A DNA stretch of 64,000 nucleotides from Basidiobolus meristosporus CBS 931.73 (lineage: Eukaryota > Fungi > Basidiobolomycota): assembly GCA_002104905.1 (NCBI GenBank), contig MCFE01000209.1:63891-127890 (forward strand), written 5' to 3'. Below the pieces are notes generated by a model. The model was not told the DNA's origin, ran no database searches, and was given only the letters and a program-made list of their open reading frames with translations. Shown piece by piece: positions 28,830 to 40,500 of the stretch (position 1 is its first letter; every line of letters starts with the position of its first letter). Made by a program: the position numbers and the translations under genes.

Positions 28830-29035
28830 CATGTGATGGAGACATTACAAGTTGGTGCAATCCTTTGTGTCAGCCTCATTGTGTCAGATTGTGGCATAGT
28901 GTGCAAGATTGTCACACATGGTGCAAAATGTCCAGGAGCAATCCTGCTTGCTGGTAGCTACAATATTGTGCCTGATTGTTCTTTAAAACCATGGATCATG
29001 ATGTGCACCCTGGCACAGTACAATGGAACAAGTCT
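28830..29035. mobile_element. PHIS-family right terminus
   Basis: AATGGAACAAGTCT at 29022-29035 followed by ATT; degenerate GTGCCA/TGGCAC subterminal motifs upstream. The inner boundary is uncertain. Confidence 0.6.
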
Positions 29036-32000
29036 ATTATGTCATCTAGGTAGATTACCACAAGCTTTTCTAAGTACTCCTGTTGTTATGATCTACTGCT
29101 TGAATGTTTAAGTTAGATCAAATTTTAGTCAAATGAATTGGTGTTATGTTTAGCCTATCAGTATATCAGTGTTATCTGTCAAATTTGCAACATTAGTCAG
29201 CAAATGATGCAGCAGATCCTTATCAGACATAAGTAATATGGTTGACAATGATGCAATCAAATGAGTCATCAGCCACAACCTACCTTTGGAAGTACATTTA
29301 GTCAGCAATTAATCTGGTAACATGTATGTAAGGAGCTACTTGAATCTCAATACAAATCAGTTCATGTTTTATTGAATAGAGTACTGGCTAAACTCCCTAT
29401 TCCTCAACAACTCTTTTACCTAGACTTGTAACATTGGTAGCAGCAATAATCAGAAACCTCCCCCAGGAAGAAAGAAGAAGCCTCCCTCAAAATGTCAGAA
29501 AATAAAGAATGAAAGAATGCTATGCAGCAAATCCTGGCCTAATGGCAACATTTACGCCAGATCCTTGGCCTGCAGCAACCAGGAATGACTGCCATGGCCC
29601 AGAACCAGCAAAACCCTGTCAAGAGCAACTTTAGTGTAAAGGTCAACCAGTACCATGGCAGAGTCAATGAAGAGCTGGGAACTTGGCTCTTCCAGATTGA
29701 AGAAGCTGTGAAGGCCAAGGGAATTGCTCCAGAAAGTAAGTTGCATTATGCAGCTTATTACTTAGCCAATGGAGCTTTACAGTGATACTGCATCAAGATC
29801 AGGTCAGCCACCATTATGGGATGCTCTACAATCTTTACCTGGGAGAAGTTTGTGTTGGAAACTCAGGAAGCTTTGAACCCCACACCAGCAGAAACTACTG
29901 AGAAGGAAGCTAAAGATACTCAGACAGAAAGAAATGCCTCAAGAATACACCTATGAGTGTAGATGCCTACTTGGACTAATTGAAAGAATGCACCCCCTGT
30001 ATCAAGGTAAATACATTATAGATGGGTTGAAAGAAATAACTTGCAAGGAAGTGAATTATTGAAGACCTCTGATTATTGAAATAGCCATCAAGATTGACAT
30101 TGACTATTGCTCAGCTATTTTTGGAGTTGGAAAGCCACAATGACAAGTCACAGTGGCTATGATCACTGTGAAAAAGACAATCAGAAGCAGTGCCAATGGA
30201 AATAGACACTGTGCATAAGAATCCTACCTCTAAAAAATGTAAGGAAGAAGGACTTTGCTTTAATTGCCACCAGCAACAGCACATTGCAAAATACTGCCCT
30301 CAGAGAAGATATGGAAACTAGCCAACAAGTACCTTCAACCATATTAAAGCCCTTGAGCATAGTCTCATGAAGGATGAACTTGAAGAAAACTCAGAACTCA
30401 CCTTCCATATGACAGAGAAACACCTATCCCAAATAACCCCAAACTCAGGAAAGCTATTTTATATGAATAGAGTAATCAATGGAGTACCTGCCAAGATCAT
30501 GATTGACTCAGGAGCATTGCATGAGTAGATGTCAGAGCAATTTGCGTTGAAAGCCAGAATCTACTTGAACACACCAAGTCAACTTCAGTCTCTACAGCTT
30601 ATGGGAACTCTCACATAATCAACTGTTTTACTCAGCTAGTAAGAATGAAGATCAATGAATATGAAGAAAACCTACTTGTCTATGTATTAGGGGACTGCTA
30701 GTTTGGCCTTGTACTTGGAAAAGCCTGGCCATCTTGTTGCAGCCTATCAATCAACTTGAGAACCTATGCTACTCAGATCCCAAATGGCAACAAGACCTAC
30801 CAGCTATTACTTGACAGACTGATTTGCAACTTGGTCAATTCCAGTGTGTGTGAAACAAGAAAGCTTAGCAAGACATAGTTCTGTAGAGCACTTAGAGAAG
30901 GCATCCAACGTTCCTCATGGCAGTTTTACAGGAGGCTTCCACTATTCCAGCACCCCAGGAGGTCCAGACTCTTTTGAAGGAATATTGTGACTTGTTTTCA
31001 GATGAGCTAGTTAGACTGCCACCAGTCATAGATGTGGATCATGCCATCAACACAGGAGATAGCCCTCCAATGAGTAAGACACCTTACACAATGAGTCCAT
31101 TGGAGTTAGAGGAAATGAAGAGACAAATAGATCAGTTTTTGGCGCAAGGACATATCAGGCCCAGCAAGCCACCTTGGGGCACACCAGTATTTGTAGTGAA
31201 AAAGAAGGATGGAACACTTAGGATGTGCATGGACTGCAGAGCCCTCAACTCAGTTGCTATGAAGAATAAGTATCACATACCTAGGATTGATGAGCTTTTG
31301 GACCAACTCAATGGAGCCACCATATTCAGCAGGATTGACCTCATGTAAGGATACAACTATATTAGAGTGAAACCAATAGACATCCCTAAGACAGCATTCA
31401 GGACTAGATAGGGACATTATAAGTACTTGGTGTGAGTTTTGGCCTTACCAATGCCCCTATGACATTCACGCCCTTGATGCAAACAGTCTTCCAGGAGTAC
31501 TTAGCCAAGGTTGTGGTGAATAACCTAGATGACCCATTGATTTACAGCAAGACAGAAGAAGAACACTTGGTGCACATTGAGAAGATCTTGTAGAAACTAA
31601 GAGGGAACACACAGTATGGCAAGTCACCAAAGTATGAATTCATGAAGGTACATGCTGAATACCTGGGTCACAGAGTAACTGTAGAGATATTAGAGGTATA
31701 TATTGGACGTAGAATGTAGAAATAGAACATTTACATGATATTCACTTATTTATATATTCAGTTTCAACACTGTATTTATACTTATTGTAGAGCCACATAA
31801 GTGTAATTATTTACTCATTATAAGGGGAATATCAGGAGTACAAGTGCCTAGTTTCATCTCATTTGGAAAAGTTTCAGATTTTCCTAAAAATCTGTACTTC
31901 ACTAATTTCTCATAATATGCAAATATCTTACAAACTAATTTTCAAGTTAATAGGCTGAGATATGTCACTCAACTAAGTGCTAACTCATAATATATTAATA

Positions 32001-33111
32001 ATTAGGTGGACTCCTAACTATTTCAGCACTCCTACTCATAAAATATACTCATATAATTACAAGCTTGCTGTGATGTTGTGTATCTTCCAGTTGAATTTTA
32101 AACTGCAAATAACAATCTAACCTATTGGACTAATGTATTCTCCAATACATGTTAGGGATTGCACATCATCTGTAATAGCTTAGTGTAAACCTATACTATT
32201 AGCTACATACTTCATATCAAATTATTATGTGTCTGAATACTGATGTCATCAAGGAATATATCCAGATGAATATCATCCACTTGTTTGGAGTAAAGATTTT
32301 CATATATTGCTTATATTCTTTCATGCTTCCCACCATTGGGTAGCTGCACTTTCAGGATTTCTGCTGCTTCTTATTTGAGTGTAATTGGTCTACAACTGGC
32401 AAGTTATAGTTTGGTTTCTTTCCAGTTGATCTGGATCATCCACAGTTGTAGTATGTAATCTATTTTACTTAGACCACTCTCCAAATGTGCATAACTGGAT
32501 CTGGATAATAATTTTCCCTGTATACTCCATATATCATCCACTAGAGTCAATAACTGGTTTGCATTATGGAAGTCTTGATTGTCACTGGTTGATCTAATAT
32601 TTCCTCTTCTGGACTGGTATTTTCAATGGTATTGGGACTAGGTTTTCTCATTCTTGATCTGGGATATTGTACTCCCACTGAAGCTACATCTTCTGGTGCT
32701 TCCTGTCTTCTAAAATTGACTTTGATGGATCATATATATTCTTCTTATCTAGGCATAACTTTCTTGGATTAATATTTCTGTTACATACTCATATCTTCTG
32801 TTTGCATCTTGAAAGGCTTAATTTGGTATCTCTGAATACCACAGCCTGATTGGTAGCTAATTATAGAGTCTGCATCCTAAACAGGATAGATATGTTCTCA
32901 TATTGAGCTTAAACTGTACAAACATATCTGGCACTTACCAATTGCATAAATCTACCATGACAACCCTGTTATGATACTGTTGCTTTTGGTAGAGTATTCC
33001 AGCATAGAGCTTGGTGTCCAGTGCAAATAGACAAGCCCATGATCTTTGGCACCCATAATAACCCTTAGGTTGGCACTTAGTACCACTTTTCTTGCTCCAA
33101 CTGCAAGGAAG

Positions 33112-34353
33112 TGTTGTGTTGTATTATGATTAGTTTGGGGCTTGTTCTACAATGTAGAGGCTAATCAGCAATATACAACAACTTCCAGTATGCTAATACT
33201 GAAATAGTTTATTGGGAGTTTGATCTACCAATAGAAGATATAACTTTCACTAATTTCCTCAATCTTGGCTCAAAATATACTGTAGGCAGTGTTTATCACT
33301 TCTACAGCAGTGTTCTGACCTTCTGTCAACTAATGGGCTTATTTACGTTTATAGTAACTTTTCCTTATTTGGAAGTCACTTTCCTTTTTGAGAAAATATT
33401 TCCTAATATGGAAATTCTGAACTCCCCTTTAACCTAAAGGGGTGTGTTGTAGAAGTCTCTAAAGGGGTCTTTAGACCTAAAGGGGTGTCTAAAGGGGTGT
33501 CTTTAGAGTAAAGGGGCTTCTTAGAGGGGACTCTAAAGTGGACTTTACACTAAAGGGGTGCCTAAAGGGGCTTCTTTAGAGTAAAGAGGTCTCTTAAAGG
33601 GGTCTCTAAAGGGGTCTTTAGACTAAAGGGGTGTCTAAAGGGGTGTCTTTAGAGTAAAGGGGTTTCTTAGAGAGGACTTTTCCAACAGAATAGTGGTAGT
33701 TTCTTGTAGAACTTAGATTGGATTCTTGTGAGCTTTGCAGTCTCTTTACTGATGTAGCACTGATCAAAGTCAGAATACTCAACAGTGCAAGTGATGCAGG
33801 GGAAGTCTTATAACCTTTAAACTTGTAATAGTAGTGTGGAGATTCTGGAAAGAGAGGCTCTCCCTTTATTTTTCAGCTGGGGAAGTCATATATATGAAAA
33901 TCTTGAAGGATCAAAGTTTTTGGGCAATTGCACAAGCAATACATGTGATACAAAGCTACAATTCTACAGTGGCGCAGATCGGACATAGGCGCAGCACCTG
34001 TGAAAATTTCACGTGATTTGATTGGCTGGTTCAAAAGTTACATGCAATCAAAGTCACCATAGTAATCCTAGCAATAAGGCAGAGTATATATAATAGTTGG
34101 ACTCTTTTGGTCATAACTCCTTAAGTACTGCTTCAAATGAGCTGTAATTTGAAACATGTGTTGGCTACTACGTGTTCTGTATGACATAATATTCTTGGGT
34201 GGATTGCTTGTCAGGGTCTGGAGCATTTGCTCTTCAAAGTTGAAAATTCTTGATCTTTCACTTGTGTGTTATGATAGCAAAAAGCAAAATAAAGAAATGA
34301 GTGCAATATTGGTTTAGAGATATTGTAGTAATGGAATACTTTCCATTACCACA
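33112..34353 (-). mobile_element. Solo LTR-B (gypsy C family) with 4-bp TSD GAAG
   Basis: TGTTGTG...CCACA flanked by GAAG/GAAG; near-identical to the reverse complement of 37858-39048. Confidence 0.9.
33431..33675 (+). repeat. G-rich minisatellite (TAAAGGGGTGTC-like units) inside LTR-B
   Basis: 13 GGGG runs in ~235 bp; length variants at ~9873-10095, ~26339-26515 and ~38535-38735 (reverse). Confidence 0.9.
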
Positions 34354-37300
34354 GAAGTTGATTTTATTTTGCTGTAACATAGATGTTACCTCTGAGTGTG
34401 TAGCTTCTCATGGACTTTTCTGCTGCCTTCTCAAGTATCAATATTCCATTATCCTTGAGTGATAGGATTACTGGATCACATCCAGTGTGCTACATAGTGC
34501 AAATCTGGCTTAAGTATCTTATAACTATATTTAGAAATTGACTGTGTATTGTCTATTCTGATATGTCTCATCTGAATTGGTTATCCACTTAGATCTGACA
34601 TAACTAATCACAGGCTTGATCATATCTGATCAAATAAACTTTCTTAAAGAGCCATATCTCTCAGCGTCTTGGTAGCAGATATTATTACTAAAATGTGGCC
34701 TTTAGCTGGGAGCTGCAAGTAACTCAATTTGATCATAATAGCATGAATAACATTTGATTCATTCTGATATATATGATTGGCAATCACTGAACGCTAAGTG
34801 CTATATGTACTAATATAGGGCAACTAGTACTTTCCTCAATATTGTTTCATATACTCTCCACTGTGTGTACATAGAATATATGCATATACTATTGGTCAGG
34901 ATCTCCAGTACCACTTTTCTTGATGGCAGTAGAAATTCCATGTTAAGATATTTATAGATATATCTCTTCCCACTCTTTCTAATACTTAATGTAAACATAT
35001 AGCTTGTCTAATAGGTGTCTCACAGAGCCTCAGTGTTTTTGCTACTACAAATAGTACCACTGATATATCATGCATACCACTCCAAAGATGATATGCCTGA
35101 GATCACTGATTTTTGCCCAAATATATTGGTATTATATATCATTCTGATCCTCAGCTCAAGTGGCTACAGACTTATATAAATTTGCTGCAGAAATGCATGT
35201 GCTTGACTGACTGAAATAGTCTAATACACACCCAGGTACATGTAGATCCTCATCATAGCTCTCTTATGCTATGATATTAAGGATTATATCATTAATACCT
35301 ATATTGTGTATTATACTCTTTATTGATCTGGACTCCTTGCTGGGATTATATATTCCTCAACACTTCATCATTCTGCATATTTCATAATTTGAAGTTTGTC
35401 CACCATGCTCTCCTTGGCATATGACCTCTTTCTTCCCCTAAGTGTCTTCTTCAAGGGCTAATGACTCTCTTGCCATTACAATATATTCTACTTAGCAGCT
35501 CTCTGTAATGGCAGTCCTTTTTTTTTTCTAACTTCAGGTAGACAAAACAATCTCTCTCCTGAGTGAAGACACAGCAGTAAAGCAAAGTAGGCACCCAAGA
35601 TATAGCAAGCTTGGTGCTCATCACCTGCTGAAATATCAGAGATATATATTGCAAGTGAAATGGAGAATTAAATGATTTACATGATAATTACCTGCTAATT
35701 TATTGAGTTGCTATCCAGTATTTGTACTTATTGCAGAACTACAGAAATGTAGCTGTTTTCTTATTATTAGGGGAAAATCAGAAGTAAATGTGCCAAGCTT
35801 CAGCTCATTTGGACAAGTTTCAGATATTCCTAGAATTCTGTACTTCACTAATTTCTGTTAATTTGCAAATATCTAACAAACTAATTTCTAAGCTAGTATA
35901 CTGAGATATGTTGTTTCACTAGGTGCTAGTTCAAAATATATTAGTAATTAGGTGGTCTCCTGATTATTTCAACGCTAACTAGGGCAGGAGTGACCTGGCA
36001 CCTAAGAAAGCTGAAATCATGAAGAATGTAAGCAGTCCCATAGCAAATTAGAGCTGGATCCTTTCTTGGTATGACTAACTGTTATTGGAGATTTAGCAGG
36101 TCCTTTGCAAGCACTGCAGCCCCTTTAACTGATACTCACAAGAGAGAAAACACCGTGAAGTGGGACATAGCCTGTGAGACTGCCTTTCATATGCTCAAGA
36201 ATGAACTTGCTAAGCTGCCAAGATTAAGAATCCCAGACTTCACAAAAAAGCTTACTCTGTACACAGATGCTTCATATTATACAATTGGTGGAGTATTGAG
36301 CCAGGAACATGAGGGAAAGGATTACCCAGTTGCTTGTGAGTCCAAGAAACTCAACTCAGCAGAACAAAACTATCCAGTGCATAGAAGGAGAAGCCTCCCA
36401 TAATACACATAATTAAGAAGTGATATGGATATAAGGAACTTATCAAGAAATAGTGATAATAGTTGAACTGTTGTTTATTAATAAAGAAGCTCAGTATTTA
36501 TACCTTTGTAGAAGTAATACAGCTGTAAACTAAGTAAGGAGGGTTTCTCAATATTCAGGAGCATTCTGTAACAGTTTCAAGGTTAGTACATAATTGTTAG
36601 TATTAGTGCTAATTTGATCCTGACTATAGGGGAATAATCATAAGATCAAAGATCTGAACAAAGTGGCAAAGTTAGAGCTGTAAATTAGTCTCACAGTGAC
36701 CAAGACTAGTCCAGAACTGTTAGGTAAATTTTTAGCTGCTGAATGTTATCAAATAGTCCAATATTTCAACAGATGCCTCACTTGAGTATCTATTTACTCA
36801 TGAACTATTATCCAGAAGAATGACAAAATTGAGTTAATACATTCAGTCATTTGATATGGGAATTGTCTACTGCCCTTGGAAAAACAACATGGTTGCCCAG
36901 TCCTTATCAAGATTAGAAGAAGTTGCACAACTCAGTTTGATGCATGAGTCAGATTGGCCTAGCTTACTACCACAGTACTTGGAGGACTAAGCTATCCCTA
37001 ATGAGGCTGATGAAGATATCAAGAAGATAATCCAGGATGAAGCCAGCAAATTTGTAGTACCAGATGAAACACTATGCTAATTTGTTGATGGATTCCATAT
37101 TGCCCATTGCCCTTATGTTGCTTACCTGGATTTAGTACATAAGACACATAAGGATATGGGAATATAGCATCAAAGGAACATATACCCTGTGAATGAGTCA
37201 AGAGCATGGTGAAGACTGATCATACCCCACTCAAGTATATGTTTACTCAGAGTGTACTGTTCAGAAGAATGACAAAATGGAGTGAATTCATTCAGCAATT

Positions 37301-37578
37301 TGATTTGGAGATTGTCCACTGCCCTGGAAAAACAACATAGTTGCTGTTGCCTTATCAAGATTAGAGCAAGTTGCACAACTCAACTTGATGCACAAATCAG
37401 ATTGGCCTAGCTCTTTACCAAAGTACTTAGAGGATCAAGCTATTCCTTATGAGGTGAGCATGGTGGCCAATAATGAAAAAAGCTATTGAGAAGCTAGTGA
37501 AAACATACCCAAATTGCAAAATGAACCAAGGCCAACCACAGAGAATGGCTGAGCTCTTTCCCTTGGCGCCAGTGAGAA

Positions 37579-40500
37579 TGTTACAATCTACTGCTTGACT
37601 GTTTAAGTTGGATCAGTTTTTAGTCAAGTCAATAAGTTATGTGTTCAGCCTATCAGTATATCAGTGTTATCTCTCAAATCAGTAGCATTAGTCAGCAAAT
37701 GAATTGGAAGGTCTTATCAGACAGAAATAGAAAATAAAGTATGATCCAATTGGGTGATGATGATTCATTCAAATGAGTCATCAGCCACATCCTACATTAG
37801 GGAATACAATTAGTCAGCAACTGATATGACAAAATGTATATAAAGAGTGGCTGGAACTGTGGTAATGGAAAGTATTCCATTACTACAATATCTCTAAACT
37901 AATATTGCACTCATTTCTTTATTTTGCTTTTTGCTATCATAGCACACAAGAGAAAGATCAAGAATTTCCAATTTGAAGAGCAAATGCTCCAGACCCTGAC
38001 AAGCAATCCACCCAAGAATATTATGTCATATAGAACACGTAGTAGCCAACACATGTTTCAAATTACAGCTCATTTGAAGCAGTACTTAAGGAGTTATGAC
38101 CAAAAGAGTCCAACTATTATATATACTATGCCTTATTGCTAGGATTACTATGGTGACTTTGATTGCATGTAACTTTTGAACCAGCCAATCAAATCACGTG
38201 AAATTTTCACAGGTGCTGCGCCTATGTCCGATCTGCGCCACTGTAGAATTGTAGCTTTGTATCACATGTATTGCTTGTGCAATTGCCCAAAAACTTTGAT
38301 CCTTCAAGATTTTCATATATATGACTTCCCCAGCTGAAAAATAAAGGGAGAGCCTCTCTTTCCAGAATCTCCACACTACTACTACAAGTTTAAAGGTTAT
38401 AAGACTTCCCCTGCATCACTTGCACTGTTGAGTATTCTGACTTTGATCAGTACTACATCAGTAAAGAGACTGTAAAGCTCACAAGAATCCAATCTAAGTT
38501 CTACAAGAAACTACCACTATTCTGTTGGAAAAGTCCCCTCTAAGAAACCCCTTTAGTCTAAAGACCCCTTTAGAGACCCCTTTAAGAAACCCCTTTACTC
38601 TAAAGAAGCCCCTTTAGGCACCCCTTTAGTGTAAAGTCCACTTTAGAGACCACTACAAGAAGCCCCTTTAGACACCCCTTTAGGTCTAAAGACCCCTTTA
38701 GAGACTTCTACAACACACCCCTTTAGCTTAAAGGGGAGTTCAGAATTTCCATATTAGGAAATATTTTCTCAAAAAGGAAAGTGACTTCCAAATAAGGAAA
38801 AGTTACTATAAAAGTAAATAAGCCCATTAGTCGACAGAAGGTCAGAACACTGCTGTAGAAGTGATAAACACTGCCTACAGTATATTTTGAGCCAAGATTG
38901 AGGAAACTAGTGAAAGTTATATCTTCTATTGGTAGATCAAACTCCCAATAAACTATTTCAGTATTAGCATACTGGAAGTTGTTGTATATTGTTGATTAGC
39001 CTCTACATTGTAGAACAAGCCCCAAACTAATCATAATACAACACAACAGAACCTCAATAAAAATCAGTTCAAGTTTTAGTGAATACAATATTGGCTAAAC
39101 TCCCTATTCCTCTACAACTCTTATACCAAGACTTGTAACATTGGTAGCAGCAATAATTCTCCCAGATTGCAGAAGCTTTCAAAGCTAAGGTAATAGCTGC
39201 AGAAAACAAGTTATATTATGCAGCCTCCTACCTGGCAGATGCAGCTTTACAGTGGTGCCACACAAAGATCAGGTCAGTCACCATGATGGGATCCTCTACA
39301 ATCTCTACCTGGGATAAGTTTGTGTTGGATATCAGGATGCTTCTGAGCCCCCACATCAGCAGACACTACTAAGAAGAAAGCTGAAAACACTCAGACCAAA
39401 AGGAATGGTTCAAGAGTACATCTACAAATGTAGATGCCTACTTGGACAAATTGAAAGAATGGACCCCCTGGAACAAGTGGAATACTTCATTGATGGGTTA
39501 AAGCAAAGAACTTGCAAGGAAGTGTAATATCAAAGACCTCAGACTATTGAAGTAACCATCAAGACTGCTATTCACTGTGACTTGGCCATGTTTGAAGTTG
39601 GAAAGCCCACAATGACTAATCAGTGAAGGCCATGATCACTATGAAAGAAGACCATCAGAAGCAGTGCCAATGAAAGTAGGTGCAATGCAGAAGAATCCTT
39701 CCTCAAAAGATTGTAAGAAGAAAGGACTTTGCTTTAATTGCCACCAGCAGGGACATATTGCAAAGTACTAGCCTCAAAGAAGAAGTGGACACCAGCCATC
39801 AAGAGCCTTTAACCAAACTGAAGCCCTTGAGCACACTAACATGGATGAAGAACTTGGAGAAGACTCATAACTCAACTTCTATATGACAGAAGAATACATA
39901 TCCCAGATAGCCTCAAACTCAGGACAGCTATTATATTTGAATGGAGTAATCAATGGAGTACCTACTAAGATCATGATAGACACAGTAGCATTGCATGAGA
40001 ACATATCAGAGCAATTTGCCCTGAAAGCTGGCATCAACTCAGAACCCACCAAATCAACTTCAGTCTCAACAGCTGATGGGAACTCTCACATAATCAACCA
40101 TATTACTTAGCCAGTAGGATGAAGATCAATGACTACAAAGAAGACCTACAGGCCCATACTTTTGGGAACTGCAAGTTTGACCTTGTACTTGGAAAATCTG
40201 GCAATTCTGTTGTAATCCATCAATGAGATGTAGAACCCATACCACTCAGATCCAGAAGGATAACAAGACCTATGAGCTATTACCTGCCAGACAGGATTTC
40301 AATTTGGTCAATTCCAATGTATGTGAAGCAAGTGAACTTAGCAAGACACAGTTTGTAGGGCACTTAGAAAAGTCACCCAGATGTTCCTCATGGTAGTATT
40401 ACAGAACGATTCTTCTACTCCAGCACCTCAGATGATCCAGACTCTTTTGAAGGAATACTCAGATGTATTACCAGATGAGCTTGTAAGCCTACCACCAGTC

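Larger units (their letters stand above)
31680..35974 (-). mobile_element. Old internally deleted copia-type element E with two ~349-bp LTRs, nested in A2 RT
   Basis: Diverged direct repeats 31680-32028 and 35626-35974; TSD GTAAC/CTAAC; minus-strand PBS-like GGTGATGAGC and PPT GAGTAGGAG; faint integrase (RLYN..VFRD) and RT-start (QWWEA) remnants; the host RT resumes exactly after it. Confidence 0.65.
29084..37578 (+). mobile_element. Ty3/gypsy family A element A2, heavily degenerate, hosting copia E and other inserts
   Basis: 5' LTR 29084-29433 plus TGGTAGCAG; gag and pol fragments (ORFs 29585-29785, 30917-31348); RT breaks at 31679 and resumes at 35975; RNase H ORF 36071-36403; the RNase H-integrase junction occurs twice at ~36773-37578. 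Confidence 0.85.

Noticed and set aside
33834-34016. 60-aa ORF repeated identically at 38194-38376
   Set aside because: It lies in LTR-B and has an alternative start; the identity reflects young copies, and the ORF is not kept open in the older copies.
34328-34353. LTR-B as a Helitron because of its subterminal hairpin
   Set aside because: It has TG...CA ends and 4-bp TSDs, and one copy directly follows a gypsy PPT.
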